From: Octopus sinensis
Lineage: Eukaryota
NCBI RefSeq assembly: GCF_006345805.1
Contig: NC_043002.1
Coordinates: 82,088,001 to 82,152,000 of the forward strand
Direction of reading: 5' to 3'
DNA length: 64,000 nt
Below, piece by piece: positions 9,536-22,272 of the stretch. The position numbers and the translations under genes are program-made. The notes beneath the pieces are model-generated. The model searched no databases, was not told where the DNA came from, and saw only the letters and a list, made by a program, of their open reading frames with translations. The stretch's first letter is position 1. The number at the start of each line of letters is the position of its first letter.

Positions 9536-11173
9536 ATATATATATATATATATATAATATATATATATATATAATATATATATATATACACACACACCAC
9601 TACCATAGCGTTTGCCCTTTTCTTACCCCTGTCTTTCTTTTCTCTCTATCAACCTCCAAAGATCAAACAATAACCTAGCTTAGCTCATCTACTTTTCTTT
9701 ATAGTAGTTCACGTGCAAACAAGATTTAACAGAGTATATCAAGAAAAATGTTTGTAAATTCTTTTCTATCATAGGGTAATTGTTTCTGGCTAGAGAATTA
9801 TTTATTAATTTTTCCAGTACAACCTGTTGTTGTTCTCTCAACTATAAGATGAAAGATTTATCCTCTCCTGACAGACATTTCCAACTGATTTGGTAACCAA
9901 ATAACTTTAACATTAAATAATCAGATAAAAAAAAAAACAACCTCTTATCTATTCAAAGAGGGGGCAATTTTTTCTTCTTTTTCATTTTGTGCTTTTTTCT
10001 TTTTCTTTTTTTTTTTATAAATTTTAACTGTAATTTATCATCTTTAATTTACCAATACCTTTATCAACGCCAAATAATCTCCAAAAAATCAAATAAGGAA
10101 ATTTGTTAACCGATATCAATTTTGGGGGGGAAATATATTCTGTATTTTTTCTTTTTCTTTTTTTTAATGTTTTGCTTTTTATTCATTTTTTACTTACTCT
10201 CTTTCTAATTTCTACTATGAGTCATTAAAGTCATTATTCGGATAAAAATAATAATGATAATAATAATAATACTGTATCTATCCATAAATGTATCTAGTAA
10301 TTATATTTTATCACCAGACTAGGAAATGGGTCATTGATTAGAATGTTTTCATTAAAATTTTCAATCTGATTGGTTGTATATTTATGTTCTTGGTGAATGG
10401 CAAAACAGAATTTCTATATACACTCTTCACTTCATTCTATAGGAAAACAAAATCAGAAAACAGCAGTTTTTCTATTTGTATTTTTACTCAATTTCCTGGC
10501 CTTTGTTAATTGCCTCATTGTTTCATTTATATTATCCTCACACACAATATATGTTATTTAACAACCAATAATGTGTTGTCATGTTCTCAGTTGTATCATT
10601 CTGGATGTTTTTCTTTCATTCAAAAGTGTTGACTAGTTAAAGAATTCTATACTTAAGTATGGTACTTGCAGACAGTTTTACTTGATTGGTATGTTTTCTT
10701 TAAAATAGAACGAAATATTTCTATTGACAACATATATTATCCATTGAGATTGTGGTGCCATGTTTGTTTATGTTTATAGGTTCTACATTTTGTGTCTAGT
10801 TTCTTACCCAGATGCCATAAATGGTATTCAAATTCAGAATTAGAGATGTTCATGTTTTAGCAATATAACTTATGTATGTATGTAGTTGTAATTGAAATTA
10901 AAATTTGTAGTTGAAATTGAAGGTTGTAGATTTTGGTTTCATAGGAACTTCTTGGAATCGAAACTCTGCAGCCAATTTACCTCATCTATTGTTAGCTATT
11001 ACGTCTTTTCTGGAATTCAACAGTAACGCCTCATCAAGGAAACCTGCATGCTCTGCTATTTTAATAATTTTACCCATGCTTTTTGGTGGAACCAACAAAA
11101 ATAGTATAAAGCTATAAATGAATTTAGTTCTTGAGGAAACATTGTAGTATCATCAAAATTGTAAGAAAAAGGT

Positions 11174-11403
11174 TTAACCCTTTCGTTACTGCATTTATTT
11201 TGAGATGTTCTGTGTTTCTTTCAATTAATTTTAAATATAACAAAGAATTTAGTAAAATAACTTAGTTATCATTCAGCTAGTGTTAGGGACATAAATTGTG
11301 ACTAAGATTTGGTGGAAGATTTTTATTCAAAACTTACAAAAACAAGATATTTGTACTCAGAACCAGAGCCGGTTTCAGCCGGGTTGGTAAAGAAAGAGTT
11401 TAA
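11174..11403 (+). mobile_element. piggyBac-like MITE family D1
   Basis: TTAA at 11174-11177 and 11400-11403. TIR ccctttcgttac versus degenerate gtaaagaaagag. Antiparallel to 44204-44432. Confidence 0.8.
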
Positions 11404-11440
11404 GAATAGGAAGTAATAGTCTTTAGGCACCTTTATATCA

Positions 11441-11670
11441 TTCATCCTTTAGTATTTAATCTGGCCAGATCTGGCTGAAATACCCTATCTGTTTTTTTGT
11501 TAAAACTGACCAGATCTAACCTCTCACACATATCATGCAATGTCATTCTAAACATATACAAACATACCAATTGAAATCTTGAAGCCATAAGATAATTTGT
11601 GATTAATTCAAAACAATGTGAATATATAAGCAATATATTTGACAAAGTAATCTGAATGCTAAAGGGTTAA
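11441..11670 (+). mobile_element. piggyBac-like MITE family D2
   Basis: Ends gaatgctaaagggTTAA; colinear with 52514-52742 and 56061-56287. Confidence 0.8.
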
Positions 11671-11691
11671 AGTTTTATGTTAAAATTGTAT

Positions 11692-11894
11692 ACTCTTTTA
11701 CTTGTTTCAGTCATTTGACTGCAGCCATGCTGGAGCACCGCCTTTAGTCGAGCAACTCGACCCCAGGACTTATTCTTTGTAAGCCCAGTACTTATTCTAT
11801 CGGTCTCTTTTGCCGAACCGCTAAGTGACGGGGACATAAACACACCAGCATCGGTTGTCAAGCAATGCTAGGAGGACAAACACAGACATACACG

Positions 11895-11944
<50 letters not shown>

Positions 11945-12110
11945 TATATACGACGGGCTTCTTTCAGTTTCCGTCTACCAAATCCACTCACAAGGCTTTG
12001 GTCGGCCCGAGGCTATAAGTTGAAGACACTTGCCCAAGGTGCCATGCAGTGGGACTGAACCCGGAACCATGTGGTTCGTAAGCAAGCTACTTACCACACA
12101 GCCACTCCTG
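11692..12110 (-). mobile_element. SINE-B full length, young-looking copy
   Basis: Very similar to 42352-42742, with many CpGs retained and a central (TA)n. Confidence 0.9.
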
Positions 12111-12599
12111 TATGTAGGTTCTCTTTATACACTATATAGAGGTTCAAATGTAATAGGTTGCCTGAATATTCTCTTTTATACAGATAATATTTTTGTAGCA
12201 ATTAAACCAGTCAAAAGACAAAATTATTCATTTTTTTTTTGTAACGCTCACACACACACACACACGTTACCATTTGATTTGTAACTCTCTCCCACCACAT
12301 ACGAAGAAGTCCTTTGTTATTCTGAAGAAATAGAATTTAACAAAAATCATTTTCATTTTTCTGAATACCATTTTAATTTATACATTAATAGGTCTTCAGT
12401 TCAATCATCATAGACATGTGATCACCTTTTTTTTATAACCATACATACATAGTAATTATATTTGTCCAGAAGTTTTTTTTTTTAATTCAATAGATCTTAT
12501 CACTAGGTCTTTATCATATATGATGCTTAATACCAAGTGAAATTTCGCTAATATGACTGAGTTTTGCCTTTTGTCCTATCAAGTAGCAGACATTTAACA

Positions 12600-12740
12600 T
12601 GGAACATACACCATAGACAGGAAGTATTAGAGTAGTGGATAAAATGCTTTGCAGAATTTATTCCAGATCTCTATGTTCTGTGTTCATACCCTACTAAGGT
12701 TAACTTTACCTTCCACCTCTTCAAAATCAATGAAGCACCT
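12600..12740 (+). mobile_element. SINE-A degenerate
   Basis: aaaatgctttgcag...taactttaccttccacctc resembles the SINE-A core. Confidence 0.45.
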
Positions 12741-12755
12741 TATCCAATACTGAAC

Positions 12756-12761
<6 letters not shown>

Positions 12762-12826
<65 letters not shown>
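12762..12826. repeat. (CT)n microsatellite
   Basis: Direct reading. Confidence 0.95.
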
Positions 12827-12836
<10 letters not shown>

Positions 12837-12854
12837 TCCACACACACACAGAAT

Positions 12855-12990
12855 TGCCGTCTACCAAATTCATTCGCAAAGTATTGGTTGGCCCAGTACT
12901 GCAGTAGAAGACACCCAAGGTGTTGCGCAGTGAGACTGAACCCCAAACCACATAGTTGAGAAACAAACTTCTTAACTACACAGTTAATGC
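12855..12990 (-). mobile_element. SINE-B head fragment
   Basis: ccgtctaccaaatt...gaagacacccaaggtg...gactgaaccc. Confidence 0.7.
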
Positions 12991-13034
12991 CTGCTTAAGA
13001 AATTGGCTATGGTTCATTGTGGTTAACTTAAAAC

Positions 13035-13193
13035 CAGGGGCATAGCTAGAGTGTGTCCCTTGCAGGGCAGCCTTTGAGTTTGTCCCCAGCCCCACAAGTC
13101 TATACAGGCTGATGCAGCTGACCCAAAAGAGTTACTCCCATAAAAGCATTGTCCAGGATGGACTACCCCATTCCCTTCCTAGTTATGTTACTG
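13035..13193. mobile_element. hAT-like MITE
   Basis: Degenerate TIRs caggggcatagctag / ctagttatgttactg. The flanking 8-mers cttaaaac and cccaaaac match at 6/8, the hAT TSD length. Confidence 0.55.
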
Positions 13194-14921
13194 CCCAAAA
13201 CATGTATGTTACTACAGTGTCTCTATGTATGACTCCAGCAAGAATTGAGCACTCAAAATATTGCATACATCCATATGCATATAATTTGGTTCCTTCAGCA
13301 AGTCACAAAATATTTGAAAGTAAATATGTAAATTGATTGGGTTGTTGGCAATCAGTAGTTTTTAACTTTCTAAGAGAACCATATGATCAGCACTGCCTGA
13401 TGAGTTGGGAGGCAAAACTCAGTTGCATTAGTGAAGTTCCAATTTCTATTACAGCTCATATATTGCTTTATACTTCATATTGAGTATTTTTTCCTCGTGT
13501 TTGTGTGCATTAACGTACAGTCACTCATTTCACACACACACACACATGCACATGTGTGCATACACACCACTACACATAGGTTGCATGGAAAATTTCACCT
13601 GATTTTGATAAAAAAAAATTAGTAACCAATCATAAGTTAAGTAAATTATGAAAATCAAATATTCCCTATGAGTTTTAAAGCAAAAATAATGAATTAATTA
13701 ATTATTAATTTATCAAAATTGGTGGACCTTTCTGCACACTTCAAACACACATACACACACACACACAGATACAGATACACAAACTCACACATACACGAGA
13801 ATGGTTTGTGTGTGTGTGTGTGTATTAAAAAAATCATTTTCACAAGCCAAGGTATTAATTTAATGTTTCCATCTTTCACATAACTCCCAAGTTTAAAATT
13901 GTCTCTAAAAGTTACACATGATTCATATCTATTTATTCATGTATGACAAATTCTTTTTTTGTTTTTGCTAAAAGGGATTTTATTTAATTTTTTTTTCTTT
14001 TAAATTTAACTATAGTAATAAGTATTATACATACAATAAATCAAAATCTTAACTGTTCATATTTGTTGCTATATTCCAAAATAATATTATTTCTGTGTGA
14101 ATTTTTCTCTCAATTTTTGCAATTCGTAAAAATAAGCACATACAAGCATAAAACATATTTTCTCTATGTAATATTTGTATTTCTTCAGTAATATATTTAT
14201 TAGAAACCTAAGAGTGTGAGCTAAACTTTTGATTTTGATTTCATTTTTTATGAGCCTTTTCATGTATAAACTCATACACTTAACTTTCTTATAAATAATA
14301 AAAAACAGAAGAAAAAAAGGGAGATAAGAAAAAGGAAAATTGGAGAAAATATATAGAGATATTATGTATAGAGAGATAAAAAGAAGGAAAAAAACAGTAC
14401 CCTGTATAGATATATGTTTAAAATATTTATAAAATTCCTGTTTGTCGTCCCAAGTTCTCCTTGTGTTTCCTTTCTTTACTCCTTTGAATATGTATGTGCC
14501 ATATATACATACATGCATATATATATCTATGCATGTACACATCTGTGCAGATATGTGTGTGTGTGTGCATGTATATATATATATATATATATATATATTA
14601 ATATTATAAATAGCATGCATGCATGTACACACATATTTGAGGGAATAAGAGCAAGAGAGACGGTGAAGGCTTGAAACAAAGAAGAGGAATCATAAATGTG
14701 TGTGTGTGTCTATATATATATAAATATATATATATATGTTAATGAATGAGTGACTGTGCAATAATGCATACAAACTCCAGAAAAATGTACTGTATTTAAG
14801 GTTTAGTGTTGTATAAAATTTAATCGCAGGTAAAAGTTTGCAAGCTTGACTCTGAGTTTTACTTTTATTTTAAGCTACTACCAAAAAGTTTAAATATTTT
14901 AAATCTATATGTATGTATGTG

Positions 14922-14960
<39 letters not shown>

Positions 14961-15137
14961 GCATACATATATATATATATGCATACATATATATGTATAT
15001 GCATACATCATTATATGTACACAACTTTGTACAGAGGCAGTATTATACATAGCTAGTGTGGTTTTTATCTCAGATGTGGTTATTACAAGTCGGAAACTAA
15101 GATTTCAGATATATATGTACATTTATATGTCTGCACA

Positions 15138-15194
<57 letters not shown>

Positions 15195-15696
15195 ACATCA
15201 GTTTTACATAAATATAAATTCAATGTGTGTAGGTCTTTATAAATTCAAAAATGTATGTGTGTGCTCCAAAGACTAGATAGTTTAACATGTGGACACAGCT
15301 CTGCCATATGTTATCCAATTTCAGCATTCCTATAGTTTGAATGAGAAACGGGATGATGTTGCCTCTAAGGATTTGAACAATGATTACGTAAGTACATTCT
15401 CAAACATTCCAATAAATAAAGATTATTATTTGTGATGAGTATAACAAACTGGTCGACAGAGTAACAGCCTGCCTGAATAGATGTTATTTGGTGTCTTTCT
15501 GAAGTTTTTGAACAATAGCTTCAACAACAAACATAAGCAACATAAATCCTTGTTTTTAATATATATATATATATATATGAAATAAGTAATAATAAAAATA
15601 TTAAAATGAATAATGATAAATAATTTGTTAAAGCCCCTGCATAATAAAAGTATTTTTTTTATGTGACATTACTAAAGATAATGGTTTAAAAGAAGA

Positions 15697-15801
<105 letters not shown>

Positions 15802-16163
15802 GGAAAATAATAAATCATGTTTTTATCATGGTGGTAAATGAAAAATCATTTAGTGTATTTGTTAAACTGTGTTGTACAGCTATTGTTGTTTCAATTCATT
15901 CTTTGATTGCCTAAACCACTTGTGTGTGTGTGTGTGTTGTTTTTTCTCCTTTTTTTTTTTGTCATTATTTGTACCACAATCCCTGCCTCTTCTTACCTAT
16001 TTTTCACGTTCTTCCCCACTCCCTCTCATTGTTGTGATCTATCCTATCTTGAGCCTTCTTTTGCATGTACTGAACCTGAGCTCAAAGCTTGGTCATTCTA
16101 CCAACCTTCTTTTTTTTTCTCTCTTGAGGTTTACCGGTTTCATCACAATTGCATCTACAGGTC

Positions 16164-16229
<66 letters not shown>

Positions 16230-16692
16230 CTTTATTAATTATTTTTTTGCGCCTCGTTTTTCTCATCAGATTTTGTTTGTAATGTTTATAATTTCTAAGT
16301 CAGTAAATATGTATTGTTTTTCTTCTTTCTTTTTTTTTTCGTTATTCAAATGTTTTGTATAAAACAATGATGTAAATTCATAGTAAACATTATAAGTTGG
16401 TTGAAATTTAGAGTGTGTATGTGCTTACATGTAAATACAAGAAGAAAAAAAATACCGAGTTTATGCATTAATTCCTGACTCAACTTCAACGATAATATAT
16501 ATATAAATGGCGGTGCCCCAGCATGGCCACAGCTCATGGGCTGAAACTAGAATCAATCAATCAATAATGTGTGAGTACATACATGTGCACACATACACAC
16601 ATGCATGCATATATCTATCTATGTAAACACACACACAAACAAGGAGATAGTGAAAGTAATTAAAGTATCTTAGTTTTGTCTTTATTGTGATT

Positions 16693-16885
16693 AGATGGCA
16701 GAACCATTAGCATGCTGGAGAAAATGCTTAACAGCATTTCCCCTATCTTTGCATTTCGAGTTCAAATTCTAGCAAGATCACCTTTGCCTTTCATCCTTTC
16801 AGGGTCATAAAATAAGTAGTAGTTAAGTACTGAATTGATGTAATCAATCCCCACCCCCACTTCAAAAGCTGTGGACCCTATGCCA
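16693..16885 (+). mobile_element. SINE-A
   Basis: tggcagaaccattagcatg...gagttcaaattc...tttgcctttcatcctttcagggtc. Confidence 0.8.
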
Positions 16886-16938
16886 TTATTATTATTATAT
16901 TATTATCATCATCATCATCATCATCATCATCATTATTA

Positions 16939-17253
16939 GAGCTCTCGATCTTGCTCCGGTTAATTCTGTGAGAGTGGACATTAACCTGTTGTCAAAGGTC
17001 TTACAGGGGTCTCTTTCCATAAATTATAAGATTTAGTACTTAGATGTTAGGTATTGTGGAAGGTACTTAACATCCATGTACCATCTCAAAACCCTTACTG
17101 ACCCCTATGGTGCAGTTTTTTTTGGGGGGGGGGGTTAGCATGTTCTACACTCCTGTCAGTTCTCCGACATATTTCTCAAACATTGTTAGTGCTCCAAGTG
17201 CCCCTTACAATTACTGGGATGACAGTTACTCATTTCTTGTAATTTCCTTTTTT
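16939..17253 (-). mobile_element. R4/Dong-like non-LTR retrotransposon 3' end (degenerate)
   Basis: Minus strand reads VTVIPVIV/GALGALTMFEKYVGE and, after frameshifts, KTAP*GSVRVLR. This matches the R4-clade C-terminal pattern VIPIVVGALG...KTALLGTARILR. An (AAT/GAT)n tail follows. Confidence 0.65.
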
Positions 17254-17287
17254 AGTAACTATCATCATCATCATCATCAACAGCAAC

Positions 17288-17507
17288 AAAGTGGCAAGCT
17301 GGCAGAATCATTAGCACGCCGGGCAAAATGCTTCGTGACATTTCATTTGTCATTACGTTCTGAGTTCAAATTCCGCTATGGTTGACTTTGCCTTTCATCC
17401 TTTCAGGGCCAATAAATTAAGTACCAGTGAAACACTAGGGTCAGTGTAATCGACTAATCCCCTCCCCCAAAATTTCAGACCTTGTGCCTATAGTAGAAAG
17501 GATTATT
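17288..17507 (+). mobile_element. SINE-A full length
   Basis: Intact head, B-box-like motif, core and tail. Confidence 0.9.
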
Positions 17508-17712
17508 CATCATCATCATCATCATTTAACATCCACTTTCCACGCTGGCATGGATTGGACGATTTGACTGAGGGCTGGCAAACCAGATGGCTGCACCAGG
17601 CTCCAATCTGATCTGGCAGAATTTCTACAGCTGGTTGCCCTTCCTAACACCAACCACTCCGAGAGTGTAGTGGGTGCTTTAACGTGCCACCAGCACGAGG
17701 GCCAGTCAGGCG
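17508..17712 (-). mobile_element. Family E 3' fragment
   Basis: Reverse complement of the 56390-56627-type sequence. Confidence 0.85.
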
Positions 17713-18538
17713 ATTATTATTATCAATATTATTAATATTATTATTATTATTATTATTATTATTTGCCTTGTGTGTTGGATGATTCAAAAATTTGATTTCT
17801 CTATTTTCTGTTACAATATCTGGCCAGTTCTGAATGTAATGACTGTTTTTTGTTTTTTTGCCTGCTTGGGGGTCTCCAAGAGAGAACAGAGTATAAAATA
17901 TCATCAAAATATGGCCTGGCACCATGCTAAATGGGCAATTGTTTCTATTTGTATTAGCCTCTCCACACACTTCCCCGTCACCTATCTTTAGCCCTTTAAC
18001 CTCTTTCTTTTCTTCTCCTCCTCCTCCTCTTCTGTCTTAATTCACTTTAAAGTAACCAAATCTCTGCAAGTACCTGACAGCATGACAATTTACACTTACA
18101 CTGCAAGGTTTAATTATCGTGCCATGTTGATAAGTGTTGTTGGTAGTTTATTGATATCATGGCTGCAAGCAACATGTAGTATAGAGTTAATGCATATGTA
18201 TGTGTGTGTGTGTGTGTAGCATTTTGCATTTCATCTGGGTTTTTTCTGAGGTTTTTTTTTTTTTTCCTTGCTGCAAATGGTAACACACATTGAAAAGTCT
18301 AGACATGTGCATAAATTGTTCAGACAAAATGTTTGTTCCACCCTCACTCTCCCACTACACACACACACACACACACACACAGAGTTGTCTTTTGTGCCAA
18401 CCACTCAGCATTGTATGTTGCAGTGCCTTATGTTTTTTTTGTGAGGGTTATTATTAGAGAACAAGATACAAGGTTCAGTCTTTTCAGTTCAGTTTGGTTG
18501 TGTGAGTATAGGTTCCCTTTATTTTTTTTATTATTTTA

Positions 18539-18908
18539 GGTGCAGGCATGGCTGTGTGGTAGGAAACTTGCTTCCCAGCCACGTAGCTCCGGGTTCAATC
18601 ACACTGCATGGCCCCTTGAGCAAATGTCTTCTACTATAGCCTCAGATTGACCAAAACCTCATGAGAGGATTTGGTAGACAAAAACTGAAAGCAGCCCGTC
18701 ATGTGTGTGTGTGTGTGTTTGTCCTTCAACAATGCTTGACAACCGGTGTTGGTGTGTTTACATTCTCCATAACTTAGCAGTTTGGCAAAAGAGAATGATA
18801 GAACCAGGATTAAAAACTAAAAGAGTGGGAGTTGATTCATTCGACTAAAAATTCTTCAAGGCGGTACCTAGCCTGGCTAAAGTCTAATGACTAAAATAAT
18901 TAAAAGAA
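18539..18908 (+). mobile_element. SINE-B full length
   Basis: ggtgcaggcatggctgtgtgg head, ggttcaatc B box, and the B-type 3' half. Confidence 0.85.
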
Positions 18909-19355
18909 AAGATTTCTTTGTATTTGTTTGTGAGAATGGATAACCATGAACTGTATTTAAGTTGAACACAAAGAGCATAAAGTGATGTTTCTTCCTCATA
19001 GTGTAAAAGACATATATTTGTAGATACAACTGTTATCATATTTAGATAGCTAAGTCAAGCAACATTGATCACACCCAAGCAATCTACCCTCTGTGTGTGT
19101 GTGTGTGTGTGAATAAGAAGTCATGAGGGAGATAACTCTTCTTACATTTATAAAATTTTTATGGATAAAAGAATTGTTATAGGTTGTTCTAGTTCGTTAC
19201 AGCAGTTCTAATCTTAGTTCTCTTTTTGAGAAAAGAAAAAAAAACAAAAAAAAACTATTAGGTAAAGAGCCATAGAGCAATCCAAGAGGCTACAATGCAG
19301 CACAGCTCTGGGTTGGTCATTTCCAAGCTTCTGTTTCTTTTACTTTGGGTGTATT

Positions 19356-19560
19356 TTAACCAGTTTGTATTTAAACCAGTCGTATTTGGCCCAAGTATTC
19401 TCCCTATTATATGTTCAAACTGGCCTGATCTGACTTCTCACATCTCCATTACAATGTCATTTTGAAAACAAATACATTATCAAAGTATCAAAGCTAGCAA
19501 GATAATGCATGATTAATTTAAAATGACACTAAATAGTATGCTGAACGCTTAAAGGGTTAC
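19356..19560 (+). mobile_element. MITE D2 degenerate
   Basis: Starts TTAA-cc, ends aaagggtta, and is colinear with other D2 copies. Confidence 0.65.
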
Positions 19561-20260
19561 TGCAAATGTAGTTTTTTTTTTTTTTTTTTTTTTTTTCTCG
19601 GCAACAAAAAGAAGTATATATTTTAACCTATAAATATAATTTAAACTATGGAAAATCATTTAGTACTTACACCTCCGTTCAATGACTGAATCATACTTAT
19701 CAGTATTTTATTTGTGAAACTTCAGTTTGTATCTCTCACCTTTCGTAGCACTGTTTAGAAATCACTGGATTTTAGGCATTTCACTGATAATGTCTGTTCC
19801 TCTTCCTTTGTGTCACGTATTCCTATTTATAAGACGAGTAGTTTAATATTGACTTGCTGAAGGAAAGCAATAAACCACAGATGTCCATCTGCTGCCTCCC
19901 TTTTAATTAACTCCAGACATATTAACAAATTGTCCAAACATGACTTTTCACATGTAGAACTCACTCCATAGGCAGACCACTATTATTATTAATATTAACG
20001 TCGGTAATATGACAGAGGAATTGATGCGGAGGATAAATAGCAAAGCTGTTACAGTATCAAGTTCACTGCCATGTATTGTTCATTTCAAATTTGCCTGCAG
20101 TTGATTCAATCAGCTCGTTTCTTTTCCCTTTTCAAAGAGAAGTGGGATATGTTTAAATTTTATTGTTGCAGCCTGTATTTTCCCATCTCTACTAGGAATG
20201 ATACACTAAACCTGTTTATCTGAGGTGGAAGTGCCAGTCTCAATTTGTAATTGTTGCTGG

Positions 20261-20468
20261 GTGTTGTTGTTTAGCCCCAGGTTGCTGTTATAAAGCAGAC
20301 CTATGATCAAAGACTTACCAATTATATCCATCCCATCTTTTCCATATACCTTGGCTTATAGATATATAACTATAGATATAGTTATATACTAAGACCTGTA
20401 TCTCCTTTTGTTAAAAATGTTTGGTATGATTTAAAGGAGATTTTGACTGTTGTTTCTTGTTGGTCAAG
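20261..20468 (-). mobile_element. Family C repeat
   Basis: gttgttgtttagccccagg...cagacctatgatcaaag...gatttaaaggagatttt. Confidence 0.65.
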
Positions 20469-20902
20469 TGACTGTTTTGAGCATCTCTGACTGACCTACC
20501 TTTGATCATAGTTAAAGAGTTAGTCCTATGGGGCATATCGGGGCATAAGTTATTTGCTCTGACAATTTATGTAGAAACATCTTGATATGCAAATCTATGG
20601 TGCCAAGAAATATGAAAAATAAGAAGAAGAAGAAAGGTTATGAAGGACAAAGAACTTTTCTGTTGTGACCCTAAATAGGGGTTGCAAAGAAAGGGAATTG
20701 TATATTCAGAAGAACAGCTTGAAACTAATGTAATTCTTGTATTTCTGTATAGAAAACCAGCTTCCATTGAGGGATGCTTTCATCTGGAAATGTAAGTGAA
20801 ATGAGAAGCAATATTAGCTGAAGAACATTCAAACTCTTAGATGATATTATAGTGGTACTATAATTACAAGCATTGTGTGTGTGAGAGAGAGAGAGAGAGA
20901 TC

Positions 20903-21260
20903 CTTAACCTTCATCTTTCATGCTAGCATGGGTTGGTTGGATGGATGGTTCAACAGGATTTCATGAGTTAGGAGACTGCATTGAGCTCCAATGTCTGCTG
21001 CTGGATGCTCTTCCTAATACTAGCTAGTTTATAAAGTGTACTGAGAACTTATTACTCATGGCATCCACCCTAGTGAGGTCGTCAAGTAACTTGCAAGGCA
21101 ACCTCTTGACTGAGTTAAAGAGTAATGTTGAGGAAAGATGGCTTTATTCCTGGTGTTGAGAAGGCTAAAGTAGGTAGAGAGATAGGAACAGGTGTATTGC
21201 TGTTGAGTTGATGACCTATGGCTACCCAAACTGGAAAGAGACAAAAGATGGTGGTGATGA
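20903..21260 (-). mobile_element. Family E, longer degenerate copy
   Basis: E tail plus a 5' extension homologous to about 59290-59400 (aacaggtgt.tt.ctgttgag). Confidence 0.65.
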
Positions 21261-22204
21261 GCTGTTTGGACATACCCTCAGAGTACTAGAAAGTGTCTAT
21301 AAAAAGAAAAAGAAAATAGGGACATAGGTTTAGAACGGATAGTGTGCAGATACATAAGTTCTCAAGGGTGTGAAAGGAGCAGGACGATGGATTGAAGGAC
21401 AAACCACTTATCAGCATCAAAATATGGTTTCTGAATGAAACTAAAGTAGTCAGTGGGAATATTTGGTCAGCTTTCTCTATAGTTTAAGAATGCAGTTCAT
21501 ATGAAGATCAAAGATGTTCTCTGTGTATATCGCTATGGTCACCTTCTACAGACTGCCACTTCTAGTATATGGAAATGTCATGTTGATACAGCAATTGTAG
21601 GGGTCAAGAATGTCATCTTTTTATGTAATGTTGTTGTGAATTGGAGCTAAACTGAAGTATCAAGCAGTGACCAATGAACCTTCAGAGTGCAATGTAAAGG
21701 AAAGATTTAGGCATCATTTTATTGGGAGTTGTTGATGAAGGAAATGGTGACAAAAGACAGTATTATCTCCATTATGCATTTGAATAATTTGAATGTTTCC
21801 TTACTCTCCTGCTTCTTCAACTTTAGTGAGATTCTAGTACAATATGATCCACTGTCTGTCTGTCTGCCTGCCAGTTTGCTTCCCTACCTCCATACATGCA
21901 TGGAACCACACACACACACACACACACAGATTCAGAATTATTTACTATAAAATGGTTAACATCCAAGATCTTAATATATGTCTCACCTTCTTACTTCACT
22001 ACACTCATTAACCTCCCCTCTGCTCCCCACCCACTCACCATCAACTGTTCTGACTCAGGGGTTCCAGGATTAACTAGTCTCCTACTGTTGTTCTTACTGT
22101 CAGCTGCCTGGACCACCCCAGGCAAATGGACTGGGAATGCCCTTTCAGCTAGACAGGATTGTAATATATTGTTGTGCTGTACCATTTTTAGGACAATGAT
22201 TATG

Positions 22205-22272
<68 letters not shown>

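Noticed and set aside
10911-11117. LKVVDFGF, resembling a kinase DFG motif, after a possible acceptor
   Set aside because: No activation-loop or APE motif follows, no HRD precedes it, and there is no donor. Treated as a chance match.
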